A DNA stretch of 32,000 nt from Candidatus Iainarchaeum sp. (GCA_028700905.1 JAQVRT010000001.1:21243-53242); one strand, 5' to 3'; positions 14,953-24,385 are shown, counted from the stretch's first letter. A program made the numbers and translations. The notes: generated from the sequence alone by a model not told the origin.

Positions 14953-15843
14953 ATGAAAGAAAATTATTTTGTTAAAGATAAATTAAAAAAAATTGCAATT
15001 GCAAATTATTTAAAGAAAAAATTAGCTTCTGCAGGTTTTATTGATGTTGAAGTTTTAAAATCTGTGTTTAACACAAGAATTGTTATTTATTCTTTAAAAC
15101 CAGGATTTATAATTGGAAAAAAAGGTTCAAATATTAGAGCTTTAACTGAAGATCTTGAAAAAAGATTTGAACTTTCAAAAGTACATATTGAAATTGGAGA
15201 AATTCCAAATAAAGATTTAGATCCAAAAGTTGTAATTGAAAATATTTTTTCAAATATTTCAAGAGGAACTCCTTGGAAAAGTGTTGTTTATAATGCTTTA
15301 AGACAAATTAAAGAAGCAGGCGCTATTGGTGCTGAAATTATTGCAAAAGGAAATACTTCTGGAAAAGGTCAAAGAAAAAGAAAATCAAGATTCTTCTTTG
15401 GTTATATGAAAAAAGCAGGAGATCAAAAAAGTCTTGTTGCAATGGAAAAAAGAACTACATTTCCTGGTCTTGGAACAATTGGAATTACATTAAGAATTGT
15501 AAGACCTGATATTGTATTCTCTGATAAAATTGATGTTTTAGAGTTTTCAAAGAAATATAAAATGGAAATTCAAGAAGAAGAACTTTTAGAAAGACAAGAA
15601 AAAGTTTCAAAAGATGCTGAAGAAAAAGTTGAAAAGAAAAATGCTGATAAAAAAGTTGTAAAAGACGAAACTAAAACTGAAAAAACTAAAGAAAAAGTTT
15701 CTGCTAAAAAGAAAGTTCCAGCTAAAAAGAAAAATGATGTTAAAGATGAAACAAAATCTGTAAAAGAAGAAAAATCTGTTAAATCTGAAAAAGAAGAAAA
15801 ATCTTCAGATAAAGATGAAACTAAAAAAGAAGAAATAAAATAA
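14953..15843 (+). CDS. rps3: 30S ribosomal protein uS3 with about 90-aa Lys/Glu-rich C-terminal extension
   Basis: KH-domain GFIIGKKGSNIRALTEDLEKRF. The low-complexity tail starts at about nt 15562. Confidence 0.93.
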   Translation: MKENYFVKDKLKKIAIANYLKKKLASAGFIDVEVLKSVFNTRIVIYSLKPGFIIGKKGSNIRALTEDLEKRFELSKVHIEIGEIPNKDLDPKVVIENIFSNISRGTPWKSVVYNALRQIKEAGAIGAEIIAKGNTSGKGQRKRKSRFFFGYMKKAGDQKSLVAMEKRTTFPGLGTIGITLRIVRPDIVFSDKIDVLEFSKKYKMEIQEEELLERQEKVSKDAEEKVEKKNADKKVVKDETKTEKTKEKVSAKKKVPAKKKNDVKDETKSVKEEKSVKSEKEEKSSDKDETKKEEIK

Positions 15844-15864
15844 ATTTAAAAATGTGATTTTTGT

Positions 15865-16092
15865 ATGGTTAAAAAGAAACAAGTTACTTTAAATAATATT
15901 TCAGAAATTGAGGAAAAGATAAGTAGCTTAAAGCTTGAATTATCTAACTTTAAAGGAATATTAGCTTCAAAAACAAAATCTAATAATACTTCTAAGAAAA
16001 AAGAATTAAAAAAAGAAATCGCAAGATACTTAACCTTAAAAAATCAATTAATAAAAAATGATTTGAAAAAAAAAGTGGAGAGTAAAGTTTAA
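15865..16092 (+). CDS. rpl29: 50S ribosomal protein uL29
   Basis: Helical 75-aa protein (LKLELSNFKG...KKEIARYLTLKNQ) in the conserved slot after S3. GTGAT RBS. Confidence 0.85.
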   Translation: MVKKKQVTLNNISEIEEKISSLKLELSNFKGILASKTKSNNTSKKKELKKEIARYLTLKNQLIKNDLKKKVESKV

Positions 16093-16094
16093 TT

Positions 16095-16397
16095 ATGAAA
16101 GATATTAGTTCTGTAAGTCATCTTTCAAAAGACATTTTTGATTTAAATGAGATTTCAAAAGAATCTCAACAAATAAAAATATTTATTGAGAGAAAAAAAT
16201 TCAAAAAATTTGCAACAAAAGTTTCAGGTTTTGAAACTGCTGCAGAAGCAAAAGAAGTTGAAAAATATCTTAAAAGAAAACTTGCTTGTGGTGGAACTGT
16301 TAAAGATAAAGTCGTTGAAATTCAAGGTAATCAAAAAGATAAAGTAAAACAATTATTGATTGAAAAAGGTTACCAAGGAGAATTAATTGATGGTTAA
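16095..16397 (+). CDS. sui1: Translation initiation factor SUI1/aIF1
   Basis: IKIFIERKKFKKFATKVSGF...LKRKLACGGTVKD..VEIQGNQKDKVKQLLIEKGY is typical of SUI1. Confidence 0.9.
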   Translation: MKDISSVSHLSKDIFDLNEISKESQQIKIFIERKKFKKFATKVSGFETAAEAKEVEKYLKRKLACGGTVKDKVVEIQGNQKDKVKQLLIEKGYQGELIDG

Positions 16398-16581
16398 TTT
16401 AAAAAATATTGACATGATTGGAAAAAAGATTTTTCTGGAAAACTCTTCAGATAAATCTAAAAAAAATCTTTCTGGTCTTATAATTTTTGAAACAAAAAAC
16501 ACTGTTGTTTTAAAAACAAATGAAAAAAAAATAATTAAAATTAAAAAAAATGAAATCTTAAAAATTAAAGAAGTTTTGTGA
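16390..16581 (+). CDS. rnp1: RNase P protein component 1 (Rpp29/Pop4), minimal form
   Basis: GKKIFLENSSDKS..LSGLIIFETKNTVVLKT matches the Sm-like core (G..V.V..S......G.VV.ETKNT..I). Conserved slot between sui1 and rps17. ATG 16390 overlaps the sui1 3' end. Confidence 0.7.
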   Translation: MVNLKNIDMIGKKIFLENSSDKSKKNLSGLIIFETKNTVVLKTNEKKIIKIKKNEILKIKEVL

Positions 16582-16587
16582 TTTGAT

Positions 16588-16869
16588 ATGGTTGAAAAAA
16601 AATTAAGTGTTAGAGGAAAATTAATTGAAGGTAAAGTTTTAAAGATGAAAGCTAAAAAAACAGCTCAAATCGAAATTAAAACTACTAAATTTATTCCTAA
16701 ATATGAAAGATATTTAGTAACTAGAAATAGATATTCAGTTCATGTTCCTGAAGATGTAACAATCTCTGTTGGAGATAATGTTTTATGCGGTGAAACAAGA
16801 AAAATAAGTAAAACAAAATCTTTTGTTGTTATTAAAAAGATTGATTCTGTTCAAGGTGATCTTAAATGA
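16588..16869 (+). CDS. rps17: 30S ribosomal protein uS17
   Basis: KFIPKYERYLVTRNRYSVHVPEDVTISVGDNVLCGETRKISKTKSFVV. Confidence 0.93.
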   Translation: MVEKKLSVRGKLIEGKVLKMKAKKTAQIEIKTTKFIPKYERYLVTRNRYSVHVPEDVTISVGDNVLCGETRKISKTKSFVVIKKIDSVQGDLK

Positions 16870-17264
16870 AACAAGTTAGTGCACACCCAGTAAGAAGTTT
16901 AATAGTTGGTTCAAGATGTAATTGTACAGATAATAGTGGTGCAAAAATTGTTGAAATAATTTCTGTATATAAATTTAAATCAAGAAGAAGACAATTTCCT
17001 TCTGCAGGAATAGCTTCTTTAGTTAATGTTGTTGTTAAAAAAGGAACTCCAAATACTAAAAAAAAGATTGAAAAAGCAGTTATTGTAAGAGTTAAAAAAG
17101 AATATAGAAGACACAATGGTTTAAGAATTAGTTTTGAAGATAATGCAGTTGTTTTAACTGATGCAAAAGGATTTCCTAAATCTTCAGAAGTTAAAGGTTG
17201 TGTTGCAAAAGAAGTTGGTGAAAGATTCCCTAAGATTGCAGGTCTTGCATCAAGTGTTATTTAA
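16866..17264 (+). CDS. rpl14: 50S ribosomal protein uL14
   Basis: SRCNCTDNSGAK motif. ATGA overlap with rps17. Confidence 0.96.
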   Translation: MKQVSAHPVRSLIVGSRCNCTDNSGAKIVEIISVYKFKSRRRQFPSAGIASLVNVVVKKGTPNTKKKIEKAVIVRVKKEYRRHNGLRISFEDNAVVLTDAKGFPKSSEVKGCVAKEVGERFPKIAGLASSVI

Positions 17265-17295
17265 ATATATTAAAAATTAAAAAGAATGATTGTTA

Positions 17296-17673
17296 ATGAA
17301 TAAAAAAATTACAAAAAATCCTGGAAAACAAAGATTAAAAATCTATAAAGGTCCACTTCATACTAAAAGAAAATTATTAGTATGTCCTTTAGATAAACCT
17401 TTACAAAAAAAACATGATCTTAAAAGCATCCTTGTAAGAAAAGGTGACACTGTTAAGGTTATGGTTGGAGATGAAAAAGGAAAATCTGGGAAAGTTGAAA
17501 TTGTTGATCATACAAAAGCAAAAGTTTTTGTAAAAGATATTAAATATAAAAATTCAAGAGGTCAAGAAAAAATGTATCCTCTTGTAGCATCAAATCTTTT
17601 AATCACTGACTTAGTTGTTGATGATTTAAAAAGATTTAAAAAGAAAAAAACACCAGAGAAAAAGGTGGAATAA
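17296..17673 (+). CDS. rpl24: 50S ribosomal protein uL24
   Basis: KOW motif VRKGDTVKVMVGDEKGKSGKV. ATG 17296 is preferred over TTG 17290. Confidence 0.92.
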   Translation: MNKKITKNPGKQRLKIYKGPLHTKRKLLVCPLDKPLQKKHDLKSILVRKGDTVKVMVGDEKGKSGKVEIVDHTKAKVFVKDIKYKNSRGQEKMYPLVASNLLITDLVVDDLKRFKKKKTPEKKVE

Positions 17674-18363
17674 ATGACTAGTAAAGGCGAAACTAAATGT
17701 TTAAAAGTAAATAACGCAACTTCTATAAGTAGTGTTTCAAAAACAAAAAGATTTGTATATAATCCAAAACCAGGAAAACATACAAAAACAACCTCAATAT
17801 CTATAGGTTTTGTTTTAAAACATTTACTTAATATTTGTGATAACACAAAAGAAGTAAAATATATAATTAACAATAGAGATGTAATAGTTGATAAAAAACT
17901 TGTTAAAAATTATAATCTTCCTGTTGGTTTATATGATGTTATAGAAATCCCAAAACTTGAAAAATATTATGTTGTTGTGTATGCATCAAATAAAGCATAT
18001 GTTTTAAATGAAATTTCAAAAGATGAATCAAATTATAAAATTTGTAAAATAACTTCTAAAAAATTAATTAAAAAAGGAGAAGTTCAATTATCAACAAATG
18101 ATGGTAGAGTTTTATTAACTCAAAACCAAGCATATAAAGTTGGAGCTTCTATAAAACTTGATTTTTTAGAAAATACTATAAAAGAATATTTTCCTCTTGA
18201 AAAAGGAAGAGAAGTCTTTGTATTTGCAGGAAAACACACTGGACAAAAAGGTACTGTTGAAGATATAAAAGAAAGTACTATGAAAAGACCTGCATTAATA
18301 AAATTAAAATCAAACGGTATTGATTTTGAAACTGTTGAAAAAAATATAATAGTTATTAATTGA
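17674..18363 (+). CDS. rps4e: 30S ribosomal protein eS4
   Basis: NPKPGKHTK, NRDVIVDKKLVKNYNLPVGLYDVIEI and KOW-like FAGKHTGQKGTVEDI. AGGTGG RBS. Confidence 0.92.
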   Translation: MTSKGETKCLKVNNATSISSVSKTKRFVYNPKPGKHTKTTSISIGFVLKHLLNICDNTKEVKYIINNRDVIVDKKLVKNYNLPVGLYDVIEIPKLEKYYVVVYASNKAYVLNEISKDESNYKICKITSKKLIKKGEVQLSTNDGRVLLTQNQAYKVGASIKLDFLENTIKEYFPLEKGREVFVFAGKHTGQKGTVEDIKESTMKRPALIKLKSNGIDFETVEKNIIVIN

Positions 18364-18375
18364 ATGTGATATTTT

Positions 18376-18900
18376 ATGTCAAATGAAACAAAAACAAATC
18401 CAATGAAAGACATCTTTGTTGAAAAGGTTGTTGTAAATATAGGTGTTGGTGAAGGCGGTCCTGAACTTGAAAAAGCAATTAAAATAATTAAGCTTTTAAC
18501 AAATAAGCCTGCTGTAAAAACCATGTGTAAAGTAAAACTTCCAACCTGGGGTATTAGACCAGGAATTCCTATTGGTTGTAAAACAACTTTAAGAGGCCAA
18601 GAAGCTCTTGATTTTATTGCATTAACTTTAAAAGCTAAAAGAAATATTATTAAGAAAAAATCTTTTTCAAAAGATGGTAATTTTTCATATGGTATACATG
18701 AATACTTAGACGTTCCAGGTATCAAATACGATCCTGAACTTGGAATTAAAGGGTTTGATGTTTGTGTTTCTTTAAAAAGAAAAGGTTTTAGAGTAAAACA
18801 AAGAAAAAATGATGTCTCTAAAGTTGGAAAGACACACAAAATATCAAAAGAAGATGCAATCAAATTTGCTGAAGAAAAGTTAAAGGTAGTGATTGAATGA
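18376..18900 (+). CDS. rpl5: 50S ribosomal protein uL5
   Basis: NPMKDIFVEKVVVNIGVGEGG and FSYGIHEYLDVPGIKYDPELGIKGFDV. Confidence 0.95.
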   Translation: MSNETKTNPMKDIFVEKVVVNIGVGEGGPELEKAIKIIKLLTNKPAVKTMCKVKLPTWGIRPGIPIGCKTTLRGQEALDFIALTLKAKRNIIKKKSFSKDGNFSYGIHEYLDVPGIKYDPELGIKGFDVCVSLKRKGFRVKQRKNDVSKVGKTHKISKEDAIKFAEEKLKVVIE

Positions 18901-19088
18901 CTACAAATGATAAAAAGGAAAAAAAAGTTTTACCAAAAATTAGTAAAACAAGTAAAGAGTATCAAAGATCAAAAGCTTGTAGATTTTGTGGTACTCACAG
19001 AGGAGTTATTAGTAAATATAACTTAAAAATTTGTAGAAGATGTTTTAATGATCATGCTTTAGAGCTTGGCTTTAAAAAATATGATTAA
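18897..19088 (+). CDS. rps14: 30S ribosomal protein uS14 (zinc-binding type)
   Basis: CRFCGTHRGVISKYNLKICRRCF. ATGA overlap with rpl5. Confidence 0.93.
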   Translation: MTTNDKKEKKVLPKISKTSKEYQRSKACRFCGTHRGVISKYNLKICRRCFNDHALELGFKKYD

Positions 19089-19114
19089 AATTTTAGTGCA
19101 TTTAGGTGAAATAA

Positions 19115-19504
19115 ATGAGTTTGAACGATCCAATTTCAAATGCTTTGAATAATATAAACAACGCAGAAAATGTGGCAAAGAAAATATGTACACTTAACCA
19201 TTCTAAGTTAGTGGAAAATATTTTGACTGTGCTTAAAAATGAAAATTACATTGGTAACTATAAAGTAATTGATAAAGCCCCACATAAGAAGGTTGTTGTA
19301 TATTTAGACGGTAGAATAAATAAGTGTAAGGCTATTAAACCAAGGTTTGCTGTAAAACACGATGAGTATGAAAAGTTTGAAAAATCTTTTTTAATCTCAA
19401 GAGATGTAGGTATTTTTATTGTAAGTACCACTAGCGGCCTAATGACCCACAAAAACGCAAAACAAAAGGGTCTTGGTGGAAGATTAATTGCGTATGTTTA
19501 TTAA
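19115..19504 (+). CDS. rps8: 30S ribosomal protein uS8
   Basis: LNDPISNALNNINNAE and the GGRLIAYVY C-terminus. Confidence 0.95.
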   Translation: MSLNDPISNALNNINNAENVAKKICTLNHSKLVENILTVLKNENYIGNYKVIDKAPHKKVVVYLDGRINKCKAIKPRFAVKHDEYEKFEKSFLISRDVGIFIVSTTSGLMTHKNAKQKGLGGRLIAYVY

Positions 19505-19528
19505 ATTTTTAAAAAAAAAGTGATTTTT

Positions 19529-20080
19529 GTGACTGAAAAGAAAGCTAATAAAGAAATTAAAGAAAATATTATAGAGATTCCAAGTGGAATTAATGTTACA
19601 ATTGATGATTCTAAAATAATTTTAGAAAAATCTTCTGTTGTTCAAGAAATTCCATACAATCATGTATATGTTTCTGTAGAAAAATTAGAAAATAGTGTTA
19701 AAGTTATACCAAATAACAAAAAAACAAAATATATATCTGTATCAAACACTATTAAAAAATTAATATTAAATGCAATTGAAGGTTTTGATAAAGATTTTGT
19801 TTGTAAAATGCAAATTGTTTATTCTCACTTTCCAATGACTGCAAAAGTTGAAAATAATAAATTTATTATTTCAAATTTCTATGGAGAAAAAAAACCAAGA
19901 GTTGTAAATTTAGTTTCTGGTGTTAAAGTTGAAATTTCAGGAAAAGAAATTACACTTTCTGGAAAAGATAAACAAAAAGTAGGTCAACTTGCAGGAAATA
20001 TAGAATCAATTGTAAGAATGAAAAACAAAGATTACAGAGTTTTTGATGATGGTATTTATATTGTTGAAAAAGCAAAATAA
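19529..20080 (+). CDS. rpl6: 50S ribosomal protein uL6
   Basis: IIEIPSGINVTIDDSKI and KDYRVFDDGIYIVEK. GTG 19529 follows a GTGAT motif at 19520-19524. The track ORF uses GTG 19520. Confidence 0.9.
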   Translation: MTEKKANKEIKENIIEIPSGINVTIDDSKIILEKSSVVQEIPYNHVYVSVEKLENSVKVIPNNKKTKYISVSNTIKKLILNAIEGFDKDFVCKMQIVYSHFPMTAKVENNKFIISNFYGEKKPRVVNLVSGVKVEISGKEITLSGKDKQKVGQLAGNIESIVRMKNKDYRVFDDGIYIVEKAK

Positions 20081-20096
20081 TTAGAGAATGATTATT

Positions 20097-20435
20097 ATGA
20101 GTAACGATACACCAAAATTTAGAGCCCATTACGGCTTAACAACAAGAAGAAAAAAGAAAAGAAGAGATGTACAAGCTTGGAGATTTCCAAGAGGTATTGA
20201 TAGATCTTTATCTGAAAAAAGAGGTCCTATGCCTAAAGTAGGTTATGGTCATAAAAAAGAAGAAAAAGGAATGCATCCTACAAAACTTAAAGAAGTTTTA
20301 GTTTCTTCAAAAACAGATCTTGAAAACATCTTAACTGAAAATGTTGCAATTAGATTTAGTAAGAGACTTGGTGAGAAGAAAAAATTAGAACTTACAAATA
20401 TTGCAAAAGAAAAAAATTTAAAGGTTTTAAATTAA
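20097..20435 (+). CDS. rpl32e: 50S ribosomal protein eL32
   Basis: WRFPRGIDRS, VGYGHKKEEKGMHP and IRFSKRLGEKKK. ATG 20097 is preferred (ATGAT 4 nt upstream); the alternative is ATG 20088. Confidence 0.9.
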   Translation: MSNDTPKFRAHYGLTTRRKKKRRDVQAWRFPRGIDRSLSEKRGPMPKVGYGHKKEEKGMHPTKLKEVLVSSKTDLENILTENVAIRFSKRLGEKKKLELTNIAKEKNLKVLN

Positions 20436-20447
20436 ATGTGAATCTTT

Positions 20448-20897
20448 ATGAAATTAAATAAATTAAAAGAAAAAGTTGGCAAAATACTTAAAAAAAGTAA
20501 GCATAAACTTAAGATTGCTCCAGAAAAATTAGAAGCTAATAAAAAAGTAGTTTCTGATGCAATTACAAAAGATGATGTTAGAAAATTAATTGTTGATGGA
20601 ATTGTTACAAAAAAACCAAATACTGGTCAATCTAGAGGAAGAGCAAGAGTTTTACTTGAAAAAAAGAAATTAAAAAGAAAAAGAGGTCCTGGAAAAAGAA
20701 AAGGAACTCAAAAAGCAAGAAAAAAAGTTGATGAATATAATGTAAAGGTAAGAGCTTTAAGAAAAAGATTAAGAGAACTTAAGGCTGAAGATAAATTAAA
20801 TGGTAAAAATTATAATACATTATACCTTAGAGTTAAAGGAAATTACTTCAGAGGAAAAAAACATCTTGAAGAATTTATTAATGGTGAAAATAAATGA
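20448..20897 (+). CDS. rpl19e: 50S ribosomal protein eL19
   Basis: SRGRARVLLEKKKLKRKRGPGKRKGTQKAR and LRKRLRELK. Confidence 0.92.
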   Translation: MKLNKLKEKVGKILKKSKHKLKIAPEKLEANKKVVSDAITKDDVRKLIVDGIVTKKPNTGQSRGRARVLLEKKKLKRKRGPGKRKGTQKARKKVDEYNVKVRALRKRLRELKAEDKLNGKNYNTLYLRVKGNYFRGKKHLEEFINGENK

Positions 20898-21409
20898 AAA
20901 TAGGTCCTACATATAATGTTCCTTTTAGAAGAAAAAGAGAACAAAAAACAGATTATAATAAAAGACTTAAATTTTTAAAATCTGGAGAAAAAAGATTTAT
21001 TACAAGATTATCAAATACAATTGTAAGAGCACAAATTGTAGATTATAAAATTGATGGAGATCAATCATTAGTTTTTGTAACTTCTAAAAAATTAAAAGAT
21101 TTTGGTTGGAAACACTCTCTTAAAAACACTTCTGCAATTTATTTAACAGGTTTACTTGCAGGTGTTCTTGCTAAAGAAAAAGGTATTAAAAAAGTAATTT
21201 TTGATACAGGTGTTAGAAACTATAAAGCACATTCCAGAATTTATGCATCTTTAAAAGGTATTGTTGATGCTGGAATAGAAGCTCCACACGATCCAAAAGC
21301 TTTTCCTTCAGATGATAGAATACAAGGAAAACATGTTGATGATAATTTAAAGAATAATATTAGTAAAGACTTTTTAGAGGTTAAAGAAAAAATTCTTTCT
21401 AAAAAATAA
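20894..21409 (+). CDS. rpl18: 50S ribosomal protein uL18
   Basis: VPFRRKREQKTDYNKRLKFL and RLSNTIVRAQIV. ATGA overlap with rpl19e. Confidence 0.93.
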   Translation: MKIGPTYNVPFRRKREQKTDYNKRLKFLKSGEKRFITRLSNTIVRAQIVDYKIDGDQSLVFVTSKKLKDFGWKHSLKNTSAIYLTGLLAGVLAKEKGIKKVIFDTGVRNYKAHSRIYASLKGIVDAGIEAPHDPKAFPSDDRIQGKHVDDNLKNNISKDFLEVKEKILSKK

Positions 21410-21431
21410 TTTTTAATTAATGTGATATTTT

Positions 21432-22130
21432 ATGCCAAGAGAAAAAACTGATACCCAAAATAAAAAAGGACAAAGAAGAAGATCTGATAAATCTTATAAA
21501 GATAAAGTTTTTAACAAAGACTTATGGACTCCTAAAACAAAATTAGGTCAAAAAGTTAAAAGCGGAGAGATTTCAACTTTAAAAGATGCTTTAAGATACG
21601 GTAAGATAATGGAATCTGAAATTGTAGACTGTATTTTACCAGAAATTAAACACAAAATTGTTGATATTAAGAAAACAACAAGAGTTACAAGAGCTGGAAG
21701 ACATTTCTCTTTTAGAGTAACTGCAATTGTTGGAGATAGTAATGGTCATATTGGTATTGGTTCTGCAAAAGATATCGAAAGATTTAATGCTCAAGAAAAA
21801 GCAATACAAAAAGCAAAATTAAATATGGTAGTTGTTAAAAGAGGTTCTGGTAGTTGGGAAAGTAATACTTATGACGATAACTCTGTTCCTTACAGAATTG
21901 TTGGAAAATGTGCTTCTTTAAGAGTTGAACTTTTACCTGCTCCTAAAGGTGTTGGACTTGCTGTAAGTGATTCCATTAAACCAGTTTTAGAACTTGCTGG
22001 AATTACAAATGTATGGTCTAAAACAAGAGGTGCAACTGATACTAAATTAAACTTTGTTAAAGCAACAATTGATGCTTTACATAACTTAAGTAAACTTAAA
22101 ACTTTACCTGAAAAGAAAGAAGAAGAATAA
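21432..22130 (+). CDS. rps5: 30S ribosomal protein uS5
   Basis: TRVTRAGRHFSFRVTAIVGDSNGHIGIGSAK and LLPAPKGVGL. Confidence 0.95.
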   Translation: MPREKTDTQNKKGQRRRSDKSYKDKVFNKDLWTPKTKLGQKVKSGEISTLKDALRYGKIMESEIVDCILPEIKHKIVDIKKTTRVTRAGRHFSFRVTAIVGDSNGHIGIGSAKDIERFNAQEKAIQKAKLNMVVVKRGSGSWESNTYDDNSVPYRIVGKCASLRVELLPAPKGVGLAVSDSIKPVLELAGITNVWSKTRGATDTKLNFVKATIDALHNLSKLKTLPEKKEEE

Positions 22131-22159
22131 AGATTATAAATTAAAAATGTGAAATAAAT

Positions 22160-22621
22160 ATGTTAATGGCAATAATTAGAGTAAGAGGTCCTGTAAAAAT
22201 TAAAAAGGACATAGAAAAATCAATGACTTTATTAAATCTTACAAGAGCAAATCATTGTGTGGTATATAATGATTCAGCTTATCTTAAAGGTAGTTTAAAG
22301 AAAGCAAAAGACTATGTCACTTGGGGAGAAGTTTCAAAAGATGTTTTAAAGAAACTTTTAGTTAAGAGAGGATATGTTTATACTGCTGACAATAAATTAA
22401 TTTCTTTTAATGATGCATTTTCAAAAGATTTAGATAAAATTATTGAAGAAATTTTTTCAGGTAAAAAAACTATTAAAGAATTAAATATTAAACCTGTATT
22501 TAGACTTAAACCTCCTTCAAAAGGTTATGATAGAAAAGGTATTAAAAAAACATTTGTTGAAGGCGGAGCTTTAGGTTACAGAAAAGAAGAAATTAATAAA
22601 TTATTAAAAAAAATGTTATAG
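22160..22621 (+). CDS. rpl30: 50S ribosomal protein uL30
   Basis: IIRVRGPVKIKKDIEKSMTLLNLTRANHCV. GTGAA RBS. Confidence 0.92.
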   Translation: MLMAIIRVRGPVKIKKDIEKSMTLLNLTRANHCVVYNDSAYLKGSLKKAKDYVTWGEVSKDVLKKLLVKRGYVYTADNKLISFNDAFSKDLDKIIEEIFSGKKTIKELNIKPVFRLKPPSKGYDRKGIKKTFVEGGALGYRKEEINKLLKKML

Positions 22622-22646
22622 ATATTTTTAAAGAATGTGATTATTT

Positions 22647-23027
22647 ATGCCAAAATCAAAAGTTGATAGATTAAGAGGGAAAAGAACCCACGGAAAAGGA
22701 AATACAAAGAACAAAAGAGGTGCTGGTTGTAAAGGCGGTGCTGGAAGAGCAGGTTCTTTTAAACACAAGTTTACTAAATATTTCCCACTTTTAGGAAAGA
22801 GAAAATTAGTTTCTCCAAGACTTTCTGCAAAAGTAAGGGTTAAGACAATTACTTTACATGATTTAAATAAATATATAACAGACAAAGATTATATTGATTT
22901 AAAAGAAATTGGTTTTGGTAAAATACTTGGAACTGGAAATTTATCAAAAGCTGTTAAAATTAAAAATGCACAAGTTACAAAAGTTGCAAAAGAAAAGATT
23001 GAAAAGGTTGGTGGAGTGATCGAATGA
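22647..23027 (+). CDS. rpl15: 50S ribosomal protein uL15
   Basis: RGKRTHGKGNTKNKRGAGCKGGAGRAG glycine/basic N-terminus. Conserved slot before secY. Confidence 0.9.
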   Translation: MPKSKVDRLRGKRTHGKGNTKNKRGAGCKGGAGRAGSFKHKFTKYFPLLGKRKLVSPRLSAKVRVKTITLHDLNKYITDKDYIDLKEIGFGKILGTGNLSKAVKIKNAQVTKVAKEKIEKVGGVIE

Positions 23028-24355
23028 GTTTTTATGCAGTAGCACAAAAATTACTTCCATCAGTTAAAGATCCAACAAAATCTTTAACCATTAAAGATAA
23101 ATTAATTTGGACAGCAATTGTTTTAGTTGTCTTTTTTATTTTAGGTACAGTAATGCTTATTGGTATAAACCAAGCTCAGTTACCTCAACTTGAATATTTA
23201 CAAATGATCTTAGCAAGTCAAATAGGATCTTTAATTACATTGGGAATTGGTCCAATTGTTCTTGCATCTATTATTTTGCAATTACTTGCAGGAGTAAAAA
23301 TAATTAATTTAGATTTTTCAAATCCTCAAGATAGAGCAAAATTTAGTATTTTACAAAAAGTATCTTCAGTTGCTCTTGCAATTGTTGAATCAATTGTTGC
23401 TGTTAAGATTGGTTTTTTAGTTCCAATGCCAGGAATGGGCTTTATTGTTGCTCTTCAAGTTGTTATTGGTTCAATTATTATTTTATATTTAGACGAAGTG
23501 GTATCAAAGTATGGAATTGGTTCTGGAATAGGACTTTTCATTGCTGCTGGAGTATCTCAAACAATTATTTGGAGAATTTTTTCACCTCCTTTAGCAGGTT
23601 CCACTGGTGGCCTTATTTTTATGGCTATTGATTATATTTCAACAGGATCAATGCTTCAGTTATTGACTTCTGTTTTAATACCTTTATTGATGACTATTAT
23701 TGTATTTTTAGTAGTTGTTTATGTGGAGGGTATGCATGTAAACATTCCATTAACTGTTGGAAGAAGTGGGATGGGTGCTAAATATCCTGTGAAGCTTTTA
23801 TATGTTTCTGTAATGCCAGTTATTTTTGCATCAACATTATTTGCAAATTTTAATCTTTTAGTAAATGTTGCAAAAAATACTGCTCTTGAAAATATAATGT
23901 TTAAGATTGGAACTGTATTAACTCCTCAATATCAATTGCTTGAAAACGCTATATTAGGTGGTGCAACTGCTACAATGTGGCTTAATGCTTTAATATATAT
24001 GATATTATTTGTACTTACCTGTGTTATCTTTGGTAAATTTTGGGTTATGGTTGGCGGACAAGATGCAAGTTCAGTTGCAAGACAACTTCAAAATTCTGGA
24101 ATGTCAATTCCTGGTTTTAGAAGAGATGAAAGAGTTTTAGCAACTGTTTTAAATAGATATATTCCAACAATTACAATACTTGGTTCTATATTTGTTGGAC
24201 TTTTAGCATTTGTTTCTGATCTTACAGGTGCCATTGGTTCAGGAACAGGAATATTATTAACAGTTGGAGTAATTTACAAGATCTATGAAGTTCTTGCAAA
24301 AGATCAAGTATTCCAAAACAGTGCACTTTTAAAACAAGTAGCAGGTAGAAAATAA
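23024..24355 (+). CDS. secY: Preprotein translocase subunit SecY
   Basis: 443 aa with about 10 hydrophobic helices. GIGPIVLASIILQLLAG (plug/TM2 region), YGIGSGIGLFI and IPGFRRDE motifs. Confidence 0.96.
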   Translation: MSFYAVAQKLLPSVKDPTKSLTIKDKLIWTAIVLVVFFILGTVMLIGINQAQLPQLEYLQMILASQIGSLITLGIGPIVLASIILQLLAGVKIINLDFSNPQDRAKFSILQKVSSVALAIVESIVAVKIGFLVPMPGMGFIVALQVVIGSIIILYLDEVVSKYGIGSGIGLFIAAGVSQTIIWRIFSPPLAGSTGGLIFMAIDYISTGSMLQLLTSVLIPLLMTIIVFLVVVYVEGMHVNIPLTVGRSGMGAKYPVKLLYVSVMPVIFASTLFANFNLLVNVAKNTALENIMFKIGTVLTPQYQLLENAILGGATATMWLNALIYMILFVLTCVIFGKFWVMVGGQDASSVARQLQNSGMSIPGFRRDERVLATVLNRYIPTITILGSIFVGLLAFVSDLTGAIGSGTGILLTVGVIYKIYEVLAKDQVFQNSALLKQVAGRK

Positions 24356-24385
24356 ATTTTAAATTATAAAAGAGGTTTATGAAAA

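Noticed and set aside
18120-18863. 247-aa minus-strand ORF spanning rps4e, the spacer and rpl5. This is remarkably long for an AT-rich genome.
   Set aside because: It is antisense to two unambiguous ribosomal protein genes. The product is F/S/L/P-rich low complexity with no recognisable motif, and there is no RBS or promoter. It is a shadow ORF produced by the codon bias of the sense genes.
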